DNA of 64,000 bases from Candidatus Latescibacterota bacterium. Lineage in GTDB: Bacteria > Latescibacterota > UBA2968. The notes under the pieces were generated by a model. That model saw only the letters and a list, made by a program, of their open reading frames with translations. It was not told the origin of the DNA and ran no database searches. This document shows positions 1-9,157 of this stretch, one piece after another (position 1 is the stretch's first letter; the number at the start of each line of letters is the position of its first letter). Position numbers and translations under genes: made by a program. The DNA is taken from positions 352,001 to 416,000 of the forward strand of contig OZ242010.1 of NCBI GenBank assembly GCA_965204745.1. The letters are read 5' to 3'.

Positions 1-480
1 GGGATCGTCGCTGTTGGGATCGGCCAAATCATCGTGAAATGCCAGCCACAGCGAAGTCCCCGCGCCGGCAGAACCGCCATAAGACGCGATGCGCTTGGGA
101 TCGACATGCCACGCTTCGGCATTGTATCGAATAAACTGAACGGCCCGCGCCGCATCGCGCAAGATATGTTGGATGGGCGCGGCGGCTCGGAACCGATAAT
201 TGATCGCCGCAAACGAAACGCCCTTTGCCAAACACGAATCGACAATCGCATTTTTGCGAATGCCCTTTTTATCGCCATTGACGAACCCGCCCCCGTGAAT
301 ATAAATCAAAACGGGTACTGGCGCGTCCGACTCTGCCCGCCAAAAGTCCAGCACATTGCGTTCATGCGGGCCATACGCCACATTCTCCAGCGTGGGCAAC
401 GTCTGCTCTACTTCCTGAGCGCGCACACTGCCCACCAGCGCGATCAACACAACGCCCAAAATCCATTTTCCAACGCGCAT
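1..480 (-). CDS. Secreted alpha/beta hydrolase (HGGG-type esterase/lipase), 3' end runs off the window
   Basis: Not in the ORF track. Manual translation from ATG at 480 (AGGAGG RBS upstream) gives MRVGKWILGVVLIALVGSVRAQ (signal peptide)...LIYIHGGGF...INYR...YGGSAGAG, i.e. HGGG oxyanion motif and GxSAG nucleophile elbow. Confidence 0.88.
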   Translation of the reverse strand, partial: MRVGKWILGVVLIALVGSVRAQEVEQTLPTLENVAYGPHERNVLDFWRAESDAPVPVLIYIHGGGFVNGDKKGIRKNAIVDSCLAKGVSFAAINYRFRAAAPIQHILRDAARAVQFIRYNAEAWHVDPKRIASYGGSAGAGTSLWLAFHDDLADPNSDDP

Positions 481-639
481 ACCAATGACCTCCTATCGTT
501 TTTTCTGGATACCGCTCGTCCCAAGTCTGCCACCGAATGCGGCATCTGATCGCTACAATGTCAATATAATGCCAAAGCACATCCGCGGCTTGCTGAATCT
601 GATCCTCGCGCACCGCCTTGTAGCTCGCCCCGCAAACAC

Positions 640-676
640 AAAAAACTCGAGTGCCCAAAAGCACCCGAGTTTTTTT
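640..676. terminator. Bidirectional rho-independent terminator downstream of the DUF1501 gene
   Basis: AAAAAA-CTCGAGTGC-ccaaaa-GCACCCGAG-TTTTTTT hairpin flanked by A and T tracts. Confidence 0.75.
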
Positions 677-694
677 GCGTGACGAATCGCGCCT

Positions 695-1981
695 TTACGC
701 CATCACCTTAAACCGCTCGCCCTTCCAACCGGGGAACATCGCGCTATCCTTTGCCCGATCAATATGCAGATGCTTGCCGGCCACATCGGCAAAGACAGAG
801 CGGAAATCGGTCGTCACGGGCAAATCGCGCCGATCTTCGAGCGCGTCTTTCACCAACTTCTCGGGCACCGTGCCGTGGACCTTGCCACCGTCCACTTGAT
901 TGCCCAAGACGAACAAACACGACCCGCGGCCGTGATCTGTGCCCATCGAACCGTTCTGATGCACTGTGCGGCCAAATTCGGTCATGGTCATCAGCACCAC
1001 GTCGTCTTGATGCGTGCCCAGATCCGTCCAGAAAGCCGCGATGGCTTGCGACAATTCCGTCGCCTTATTCGAGAAAGAACCCGAGGTCGTGCCCTGTTGC
1101 ACATGCGTATCCCAGCCGCCCGTCTCGGTGAACGCCACCTCGAGGCCCACATCGGACTTGATGAGCATGGCGATCTGCTGCATCCGACGCCCCAATGACG
1201 TCAGATTGCCCGAGGCATTTGTGGGATACTCCGCGCCATTGGCGGGTTCGTAATTTCTCAAATTCGTTTTTTCCAACATCTCGATGGCTTCAAAGCTCTC
1301 ATGGCTCACCCGCTGAACCAAGCGTTTGGCACTTCGGGCGTACATGTGCTCAAACCCTTCCTCGAGCTGTTCGGCAACCTGGTGATTGCCCGGCACCTGA
1401 ATGCCAAAGGAACGCAGATCATCCACGGCGATTGCGGGAAGATCTCCGTAAAATGCGCGCGGCAGTGCCCGCGTCAGCGCGACCGACCGAAACGGCGTGC
1501 CCTCGTGCCCGAGCAGGCCCACTGCGCGATTGAGCCACCCGGACCGCGTGCCTTTCACACCGGGCGTGCCCGTCTCCATATAATCTTGGGCATCGAAGTG
1601 CGACCGCGTCTTATTGGGAGAACCAACGCCGTGAACAACGGCCAAGCGGCCTTCCTTGTACAGCGGCGCGAGGTCCGCAAACGAGGGGTGCAGTGCAAAG
1701 CGACCATCCAGATCCGTCAACTCATTTTTCGGATCGTTCAAGCGCATAAACAAATTGGGGCGCGCCTCGGCCAGCGCGGGATCGTTAAACGGCGTCACCG
1801 CCATCAACCCATCCATCGCGCCGCGCTGGAAAATCGTCACCAGCACTTTGCGGCGGCTATGCGCCAGCGGATTGTTCGCAGCATCCGCAGCACGGCTCAA
1901 AAACAGCGGCGTGCCGCCAAACGACAGGGAAAACAAGGCCAACCCACTGCCCTTCATAAAGGCCCTTCGCGTCCATTCCAT
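695..1981 (-). CDS. DUF1501 family protein, Tat-exported
   Basis: Twin-arginine signal TRRAFMK; motifs RGAMDGL, RSHFDAQDYME, GGWDTH, TEFGRT, GTDHG; adjacent to DUF1800 as is typical. Confidence 0.9.
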   Translation of the reverse strand: MEWTRRAFMKGSGLALFSLSFGGTPLFLSRAADAANNPLAHSRRKVLVTIFQRGAMDGLMAVTPFNDPALAEARPNLFMRLNDPKNELTDLDGRFALHPSFADLAPLYKEGRLAVVHGVGSPNKTRSHFDAQDYMETGTPGVKGTRSGWLNRAVGLLGHEGTPFRSVALTRALPRAFYGDLPAIAVDDLRSFGIQVPGNHQVAEQLEEGFEHMYARSAKRLVQRVSHESFEAIEMLEKTNLRNYEPANGAEYPTNASGNLTSLGRRMQQIAMLIKSDVGLEVAFTETGGWDTHVQQGTTSGSFSNKATELSQAIAAFWTDLGTHQDDVVLMTMTEFGRTVHQNGSMGTDHGRGSCLFVLGNQVDGGKVHGTVPEKLVKDALEDRRDLPVTTDFRSVFADVAGKHLHIDRAKDSAMFPGWKGERFKVMA

Positions 1982-2008
1982 AACAGCCTCCTTTGTGAGA
2001 ATCGACTC

Positions 2009-3799
2009 TTATCGGTATTGAAATTCCGGCGATCCGATCAACATACTGACCACCTGAATATCTTTGCGCTTCACGTCTTTGGGAATCACGTCTTTGATCT
2101 CGGCGGCGATGGCACTCGTATCTTGCGCCGGCAACAACAACTTGCCGTAAACCGCCAAGGCGCGTTCTGTGGAATCCCAAGCTCTGTCTTTGGGCAATCG
2201 CTTCAGCACGATCCCGTTAATGCGCCCCGTGGCCAGATGGATGCCAAAGTTCATGCGCGCGACCAGCGTGCCCGAATTTGTCCACGATTCGGCATAGTCG
2301 GGATAACCCGTGGGCGGCACATAGCCGTAAAGCGGTTCGCCCATGCGATCAAACCAGCGCATCATCGGCTGGGGATTTTTCACATCGGCTTCCAATGCGC
2401 GGAGAGAACTGATCACCAATTCAAATGGCGATTTCATCTTGCTGCGCGTTTTGGCCTCGGCCCAAAATGCACGCGATTGCGCCAAGGTCGCCATCACCGC
2501 GGCCAAATCGCCATCGGTTTTGGAAAATGTTTCGGCCATCGCATCGACCAAACCCGCGGGCGGTTCGTCATTGACGAATCGCCGTGCCAACTTGGTGGAA
2601 ATAAACCGCGCAGTTGACGGGTGTGCAGACAGCATATCCAAGACGCGCTCGCCTTCTTCTATGCCGCCACCTGCCGGAAATTCCTCACCCAAGACCACTT
2701 TGGCTTTTGAATCGTGCCACCCCTTGCGAAACAGAAATTCCCCGTCTCGAATGAGGTTTTTACTGCCGTTTGCGATTTGCCTCTCGACATTTTTCCGCCC
2801 ATTCCCGTAGGGCATCGTGCCCCAGCCGGTCAACACGCGCGCAACTTCGGTGACGTCTTTCTGCGTGTACCCCCCATCCACGCCCAGGGTGTGCAACTCC
2901 ATCAATTCGCGGGCGTAGTTCTCGTTCAACCCGTACTTGCGCTTGGGCCTTGCAGGGGCCTTCGCCTTTTCAGGCGCAGGGGCTTTCGCCATGCTCTCGC
3001 CGGACATCATCCCACCGTCCATCCCGCCATCCATGCCCATCTCGCCATCCATGCTTTTTGCCGTTGCTTGTTGCTTGGGCTGATTCTTTGGCGGAGGGGG
3101 TGCCATGCGCGACTGCGCGTTGTCCAAATAGTACAACATCGCGGGATGCTTGGCCGTCGTGCCCAAAATGGTGCGGAACTCGCCCAGCACATAAGGGCGA
3201 ATCGCATCGCGCTCATAAGAGAGCACCCGAGGGCGCGCGCCGCCATCGCGCGTCGTCACATTGAAGTGATTAAACCAGAAATCCGTGAGCACTTCCGCGA
3301 GTTGGTTTTCGCTATAAACCGCCCGCATCACTTTCTGCCCGCGCAACTCCTGATTGGAAATCATGCCATAAGGTCGCAACCCGTGTTCCTTGCGATACGC
3401 CGCCATCTTTTGATTCATCTCTTTGCGCGGCGTGTTCGCAGGATCTAGCACCCCTTCTCTTTTCATTCTGTTGCGGAGGCGCCCATTTTGGAGATAGACC
3501 TCGTTCATTTTTGCCAGCGTCATTTCCAGCGCGGGAAATGCTTTCAGGCGTTTGGCGATCTCTTCGTCCGGCAAATTGCCCGCCAACTGCTGCGCCAACC
3601 ACTTCTCGGGCCCCATCTGGGCCACCTTCTCCACTTCGCCCGGCCGCGGGCCAAAGGCAAAGCGTTCCAACAAATACGCCGCGGCTTGCTCTTTGCTCAA
3701 CCCTTCCTCCGCATAGGGCAACTTCAACTTGCTGGCATCAGCCGCCCCAGCGAGCAAAGCACCGCAGCACAACACAGCCAGTACAACGCGAACCACCAT
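2009..3799 (-). CDS. DUF1800 family protein with signal peptide
   Basis: Motifs RFAFGPRPG, DFWFNHFNV, AMLYYLDN, NENYARELMELHTLGV, C-terminal SPEFQYR. Confidence 0.9.
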   Translation of the reverse strand: MVVRVVLAVLCCGALLAGAADASKLKLPYAEEGLSKEQAAAYLLERFAFGPRPGEVEKVAQMGPEKWLAQQLAGNLPDEEIAKRLKAFPALEMTLAKMNEVYLQNGRLRNRMKREGVLDPANTPRKEMNQKMAAYRKEHGLRPYGMISNQELRGQKVMRAVYSENQLAEVLTDFWFNHFNVTTRDGGARPRVLSYERDAIRPYVLGEFRTILGTTAKHPAMLYYLDNAQSRMAPPPPKNQPKQQATAKSMDGEMGMDGGMDGGMMSGESMAKAPAPEKAKAPARPKRKYGLNENYARELMELHTLGVDGGYTQKDVTEVARVLTGWGTMPYGNGRKNVERQIANGSKNLIRDGEFLFRKGWHDSKAKVVLGEEFPAGGGIEEGERVLDMLSAHPSTARFISTKLARRFVNDEPPAGLVDAMAETFSKTDGDLAAVMATLAQSRAFWAEAKTRSKMKSPFELVISSLRALEADVKNPQPMMRWFDRMGEPLYGYVPPTGYPDYAESWTNSGTLVARMNFGIHLATGRINGIVLKRLPKDRAWDSTERALAVYGKLLLPAQDTSAIAAEIKDVIPKDVKRKDIQVVSMLIGSPEFQYR

Positions 3800-3895
3800 A
3801 GCAAACCTCCTTACGAAATGTTCCCCAAAGGGAACGGCCCTTGTTGATTACAACCCTTAATGTACGCCATAATACCTTGTAACGCAACCAAAAAA

Positions 3896-5218
3896 TTAGA
3901 ACAAATTTGCGGGAACGGGCTTCACGACAGTCGAGTCAACCCCAAAACCCGCCAGTTCCTGGGGATTCAGCGGGGCTTGCCTGTACTCCAAAACATAAGA
4001 CCCGCCCCCCTGCGTCAGATTCATCGTCAAAATATCGCCCGCCTTGCTGAACGACACATCGTTCGCCCCGACATCGGTCAGGCTCATCCCATCCGGGGAC
4101 CCGCCGCGCAACGTGCCCGTCAGCACCGGCAACCCATTTTGAATCACGTACCCCGCGCGCTGGTTGAAAAACCGGGTTTCATCTGCATGCGTGGCAAACT
4201 CAATCGGCGTGCTAAACGTGATCTCCACCAACCCATCCTCGATGATCACGCCATTCTCGATCAGCGGATCGATCACCCCAGCGGCCGACACATGGCCCGG
4301 GGGCTTGCGGTGGCGAGGGCTACGCCGCTCCAAAACCGGCATCCACTGCAAATCGAGCGCGGCTGGAATGCTCGGGAAAGGCGCCTCGGGATCCATCCAG
4401 GTGCCATTGAGGTGGGCGTCTATCAATCCCCATGTGCCAGAGGGCGGTCGCGCTTGGTTTTCCAGTTCTGCGACCACCTCGGCAGGTGGCTCGTACATGG
4501 CAAAGCGCACGCCTTGCCCATCTTGCACCCACATCGTCATGCGATATTTCTGCGGGTATTCCCACGGCCATGGGCTATTAAAATAAATCGCGGTTCGGTT
4601 GTTGCGATTTTCAAACGAGCGATTGTCCGGCCTTTGATCGTTGGTGATGGTCATGCGAACGTTCCCGTTGCTCAACACCGTCACATTGCTATTGGCATCG
4701 GCGTCGGTCAGCAGGCGCACCAACGTATTCGGCTCGTTCAATGCCTCGGACGCATTCGGTGGCCTGCGCCGCGTCAGGGGGGCCAAATTATTTCCATTCT
4801 CACCGACCAGCGGCAACCTGGGGCCGGCCTCCCAAAGATAAAACGCGCCCAGGGCCAAGCGGATGCGCTCCACATTATTTTGTGCGTACTCAATGCGGAG
4901 TTGGTCGCGCGTACCCCGCGCCGTGCGCGAATAATGCCGCACGGTCTTCTCATACGTCACCGACGCCATGGGCGGCGCGGTCAGCGGTGGATTGTACACA
5001 AACACAAGCGTGCCGTAATCCGAGGCCGCTGCTGTGAAAATCACATGCCGGGGCGTGCCCTGCGGCGGATTGGCAACGTCAACCGGGCTACCGTCTCTCA
5101 TACCGGAGATCAACCGATAGCTCCCGCGCCACTCTTCTGCGGGCTGAACCGGGATGTCTCGGCTACACCCCATCGCGCCCAACAGGCCAATAAATGAAAA
5201 AAATAAAACCTTCCGCAT
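3896..5218 (-). CDS. Hypothetical lipoprotein with two lipocalin-like repeats
   Basis: Lipobox-like GAMGC; internal similarity WRGSYRLISGMRDG vs PSGTWGLIDAHLNG; AGGAGG RBS upstream. Confidence 0.7.
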   Translation of the reverse strand: MRKVLFFSFIGLLGAMGCSRDIPVQPAEEWRGSYRLISGMRDGSPVDVANPPQGTPRHVIFTAAASDYGTLVFVYNPPLTAPPMASVTYEKTVRHYSRTARGTRDQLRIEYAQNNVERIRLALGAFYLWEAGPRLPLVGENGNNLAPLTRRRPPNASEALNEPNTLVRLLTDADANSNVTVLSNGNVRMTITNDQRPDNRSFENRNNRTAIYFNSPWPWEYPQKYRMTMWVQDGQGVRFAMYEPPAEVVAELENQARPPSGTWGLIDAHLNGTWMDPEAPFPSIPAALDLQWMPVLERRSPRHRKPPGHVSAAGVIDPLIENGVIIEDGLVEITFSTPIEFATHADETRFFNQRAGYVIQNGLPVLTGTLRGGSPDGMSLTDVGANDVSFSKAGDILTMNLTQGGGSYVLEYRQAPLNPQELAGFGVDSTVVKPVPANLF

Positions 5219-5238
5219 CTGTGATTCCTCCTATCTGA

Positions 5239-5276
5239 CCCCTCCCTCGTCCCTTCCCTGCGTCAGGGAAGGGAGA
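5239..5276. repeat. REP-like palindrome (CCCTTCCCT/AGGGAAGGG family)
   Basis: TCCCTTCCCTG-cgt-CAGGGAAGGGA hairpin; related copies at ~9121, 17351, 22988, 53310 and 53552. Confidence 0.7.
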
Positions 5277-5310
5277 AAGGGAAGTCTCACTTCGCCAAAC
5301 TGACAACTGC

Positions 5311-6333
5311 TTAAAACGTTCCCGAAAGGGTCAAGCGCAGCGGACGCTCTTGGATCTTTCCGCCGATGTCGCTATACGAAACATCCACGCTCAACTCGCG
5401 ATCTTCGCTCACATTCAAATTCAAGCCCGCGCCCACGCTCCAAGTCTCCACATCGTAGCGGAACTTGTACCCGGCGCGCAGGGCCAAGATATTCTGCAAC
5501 CACAACTCGCCGCCGACGTGATCGCGCTCCCCGTAATCCCGGTAGAACACATGCTCATACGCGGCGGTCAGGTACAGCGGGTCGCCTTCCTTCCCGATCA
5601 ATTCCATCGCGAGGGCGAGGTTGTAGAAAAACGGCAGGCGATAATCCTCGGTCAACACCTCCACATTGCCACCCAAGTTGCTGATGGTCATGCCCACGCG
5701 CAGACTTTTGAACCCGGTATAAAAAATCGTGCCAATGTCAAACGTCGTGGAACTCACATTGGTGACATCGTGGAGTTGCGACCGTGCGTATTGCAAGCGA
5801 AACCCCATGGAAAACTTGTCGGTCAGTTGCTTGGCAAAGGCCACCCCAACGGCAAAATCCCCGAGTTGAATACTGCGGCCCGTGCCATTCGGCTGCAAGG
5901 GCTTGGTCTCTTCCACATCCGGATAGGTGAACGAGCGGAACGAGACGCCCACGACCCCCACCGGGATGCGATAGGCCAAACCCGCCGCGCCCATCCGCGT
6001 GCCCACCAACCACTGGTTGTAAGACGCCACATACCCGATGCGGTCGATATGCACCAACCCGGCGGCATTTTGGAAAATCGCGTGAATATCGCGGGATGTG
6101 CCCACATTGGCATCGGCCATGCCTGCCAAGCGCGCAGACGCGGACAATTTCAACAGCGTGAACCCACTGCGCGCAATGCGGTTGCCCTTGTCGCCTTCGG
6201 ACCGAAAATGCCCATCTGCTGCCACCGGCTCCAGATCCAAGGTTTCACTCGTGAGGGCTTGTGTTTCCTGCGCCATAGCACTTGTCGGGCAGAGAAAAAG
6301 CGCGATAACTGCCATCCAAATCAATCGTTTCAT
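5311..6333 (-). CDS. PorV/PorQ-like (UPF0164) outer-membrane beta-barrel
   Basis: Signal peptide; LKLSASARLAGMA..AIFQNAAGL is characteristic of the PorV-family N-terminus; alternating beta-strands; C-terminal Phe. Confidence 0.82.
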   Translation of the reverse strand: MKRLIWMAVIALFLCPTSAMAQETQALTSETLDLEPVAADGHFRSEGDKGNRIARSGFTLLKLSASARLAGMADANVGTSRDIHAIFQNAAGLVHIDRIGYVASYNQWLVGTRMGAAGLAYRIPVGVVGVSFRSFTYPDVEETKPLQPNGTGRSIQLGDFAVGVAFAKQLTDKFSMGFRLQYARSQLHDVTNVSSTTFDIGTIFYTGFKSLRVGMTISNLGGNVEVLTEDYRLPFFYNLALAMELIGKEGDPLYLTAAYEHVFYRDYGERDHVGGELWLQNILALRAGYKFRYDVETWSVGAGLNLNVSEDRELSVDVSYSDIGGKIQERPLRLTLSGTF

Positions 6334-6346
6334 TCTCAGCTCCTCG

Positions 6347-9091
6347 TTAATTGATAATGACGAACAGACCCTTTTGAATCTGCCCCATACTCTCGGGATG
6401 GTGCGACTCTATCGCCCAAATATAAGTACCGGCGTTGAGACGCCCGCGCGTATTGGCATTCAAGCCCACCGTGTGCGTATCCCATTCGATCTCGGCACGC
6501 GCCACCGGGTTGCCCCGCTGTGGATCGAGCGTATCAAAGGTCTGACGCCACGCCAAGTCCCCGCTGAGCGTGTAAATGTACAGCGTACACCGGCTCGGCA
6601 CGTTGACCCAACGAATGCGCGGCGCGCCATAGCTGTGCTCGTCCCTGCCCTGCACCCACGGATTGGGCACCACGCGAATGGGCAGTGCCATGCGTTCGTT
6701 TTCAGCATTGAGCAAGGCAGACGTCAAACGCGGCACGATGCCATCGGCCGGGAACAAGTACTGGTTGCGCTCGTCCGAGTGCCCGGTTTCCAAGCCCTGC
6801 TCGTCATAAGCGCGGATCGAGTAGTGGTGAATAAACCCGGGATCCGGCTCCGGGTCGATAAACGTGTACGTACCCCAGCGGAAAGGCCCATCGACTTCGG
6901 CCTCTGCGGGTTGCTCCTGGCCTTCTGCCCACGGCTCATTGAGAAAACTCACGCCGGCAGGCGCGCCCGAGGGCAACTGCCGGTTGCCTTCAGGCCCTTC
7001 GGCCTTGGGAACAGTCGCCAGCAACTTCCACGGCCCGGCCCGCACAAAATCGGACCGGTAAATCCGATACCCCACCACGTCGGGCCGACCCAGGTCCGGG
7101 TCAATCGCCGTATCGGCAACGCCCGACCAGTTCAGTTCGATATTGGAGGCCAAATTCGTGAACCCATTGACCTTCACATCCGGTGGTTGGTTGACCCCGT
7201 CAAACCCCAGGTCGTACAGCTTTTGCGCTTCGTTGGCGTGCGCGTAAATCGCTTCGAGACCCAATTCCAATTCATTGACCAAGCTCTGTTGTTGCCAGTT
7301 CCACTCGTAGGGCCGCGCATAGCCCCCGGTGTCTGCGCGATACTTGGCCGAGTTGGACGCCATCCCCGCCACGTACGCAATGACCACTTTGGCTTTGTCC
7401 CCAGGCCCCAGCGTGTACGGGCCATAAACCTGTGCATCGACCCACGCGCCCAATTCGTCATTGTCGTGGTACTGCACCATGCGGTCCGTATCGGTATCGC
7501 TGAGCGCGCCATCCGCATCGCTGTAATAGTCGAACAACTGGCTCTGACCGTGCGTGCCGCCGTGTGGATCATCGCCCAGTGCCGAAGAGTACATGCGCCA
7601 GCGGAACACCGCATGGGGTTGTGGGCCTTGTGGCAACTTGTAGCCCTGACCTGTATCCAGCGCATTAAACGGGTGATCCGCCGTGCCCGTGGCGATGGGC
7701 ATCATCCCGATGTACTGCGGAGACAACAGCGTGCCGTCTATGATATTGGCCGTCGAAACGTATTGGTGCTGTGCGCGAGAACGGGTATAGGGTTCGCCCA
7801 AATCGTTCCACAGTCGCGCAACCGCATCGCCGTCATACACGTACGTCAAGTGCATCGGCGCGCCCCGATAATTGAGGGCGTATTCCGGATGATCGTAATT
7901 TTCCGCCTGCGTATAACGCCAGTAATCGTCTTGCGTGGAGGGCTGAACAAAATCCCACGCATTCGAGTTCGACCCGCCAGCAGGCACCCACTCCGCGCCG
8001 GTCTTGCTGGTGATGAAGCCGTTTTTGACCACGATATAAACTTCGTCGAGTTGCTTGGGATACCCGGCATCGGCTTGGCCGTCGCCATCCGTATCGCCAT
8101 TGTTCCAAAACTCGATCTCCGTAAGCAAAAAGTCATCGTAGTCGCCCCGCGTCACAATCGACGACTGGCTACCATCCGGAGACGGCACCGGAATCATCAC
8201 GTCATTATCCGTACCCGGCGTGGAATACGCATGCACCATCCGCTTCACCGTAATGCCCGACGCCTGTGACCACCCGGTCACCAGCAAATTCTCGCTGAAC
8301 AACTCGGGCGACAAGCGCGGATGATTGGTCGGCACCCCATTTGACCGCATCTGGTTCAACCCGTTGCGAACGTTGGGGTAAGAAGACGTCAGCATCTCCC
8401 GAAACGCCTCTTTGTTCAGCGGGTAAAAACCAAAGCCCCAGTTGTAATAATCCATCGGTTCCACTTTGTCCGGCCCCGGTGGAAAACCGCGCTGCCCCAA
8501 GCCGCCATAGACGCTGACGGCGTACTGATATTCCACGGCCTCGCCATTCACGAAGTGGCTTTTGATCTTCATATTCCGCATGCGCGGCCAGTAAAGCGCG
8601 GCATTTTGCCCGTAATTGAACAGATTGAACGGACGACCACCAGACCGCCACACGGACCGCCAAATCGGCCCGATGCTCTCGACATTGTTGCGCGGGTTGT
8701 GCTGAATCGGGAAAATATCCGCCGAGGGTTTGCGCGGCCCACCCAGCGAGACGAACTTGCGCCCGTCGTCTGCGCGCGCCATCACCCACATGCCATTGCC
8801 CCGCGAATTGTCCTGCCGATTCACCCGATTCACAATGCCCGACCGGTACGTGGAGGTCCACCGCCCGGGATAGGACATGCCCACTTCAGGGCCAAAGATG
8901 TCACCCCCGTCCAGCGAGTGCCCCAGCGTGCCATTGTTCCGCATCGACAACCAGAGTTTCGCCCGGTTGGTCGTGCGGCGGCGCGTGCGTTGCTGGGCAT
9001 CAACATCGATGGCGTTCCACAATTCAGACGCCCCCCACAGCACCACAAACGCGAGCAACACCCGTACAAATCGCTTCCAAATCCGTTGCAT
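6347..9091 (-). CDS. Large secreted protein with FN3-like segment and T9SS-type C-terminal sorting domain
   Basis: Signal peptide; VVGYRIYRS and HYSIRAYD (FN3-like); C-terminal IRVVPNP...IRWVNVP..CTLYIYTLSGDL...WD...GTYIW typical of FlgD-Ig/T9SS CTD; GDTDGDGQAD Ca-binding-like motif. Confidence 0.75.
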   Translation of the reverse strand: MQRIWKRFVRVLLAFVVLWGASELWNAIDVDAQQRTRRRTTNRAKLWLSMRNNGTLGHSLDGGDIFGPEVGMSYPGRWTSTYRSGIVNRVNRQDNSRGNGMWVMARADDGRKFVSLGGPRKPSADIFPIQHNPRNNVESIGPIWRSVWRSGGRPFNLFNYGQNAALYWPRMRNMKIKSHFVNGEAVEYQYAVSVYGGLGQRGFPPGPDKVEPMDYYNWGFGFYPLNKEAFREMLTSSYPNVRNGLNQMRSNGVPTNHPRLSPELFSENLLVTGWSQASGITVKRMVHAYSTPGTDNDVMIPVPSPDGSQSSIVTRGDYDDFLLTEIEFWNNGDTDGDGQADAGYPKQLDEVYIVVKNGFITSKTGAEWVPAGGSNSNAWDFVQPSTQDDYWRYTQAENYDHPEYALNYRGAPMHLTYVYDGDAVARLWNDLGEPYTRSRAQHQYVSTANIIDGTLLSPQYIGMMPIATGTADHPFNALDTGQGYKLPQGPQPHAVFRWRMYSSALGDDPHGGTHGQSQLFDYYSDADGALSDTDTDRMVQYHDNDELGAWVDAQVYGPYTLGPGDKAKVVIAYVAGMASNSAKYRADTGGYARPYEWNWQQQSLVNELELGLEAIYAHANEAQKLYDLGFDGVNQPPDVKVNGFTNLASNIELNWSGVADTAIDPDLGRPDVVGYRIYRSDFVRAGPWKLLATVPKAEGPEGNRQLPSGAPAGVSFLNEPWAEGQEQPAEAEVDGPFRWGTYTFIDPEPDPGFIHHYSIRAYDEQGLETGHSDERNQYLFPADGIVPRLTSALLNAENERMALPIRVVPNPWVQGRDEHSYGAPRIRWVNVPSRCTLYIYTLSGDLAWRQTFDTLDPQRGNPVARAEIEWDTHTVGLNANTRGRLNAGTYIWAIESHHPESMGQIQKGLFVIIN

Positions 9092-9120
9092 AAGTTAGCT
9101 CCTCATCAAGCTGCCCTAGT

Positions 9121-9157
9121 CCCCCTCCCCGCGTGCGGAGAGGGGTTAGGGGAGGGG
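9121..9157. repeat. REP-like palindrome
   Basis: CCCCTCCCCGC-gt-GCGGAGAGGGG-TTAGGGGAGGGG immediately after the TonB receptor stop codon. Confidence 0.65.
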
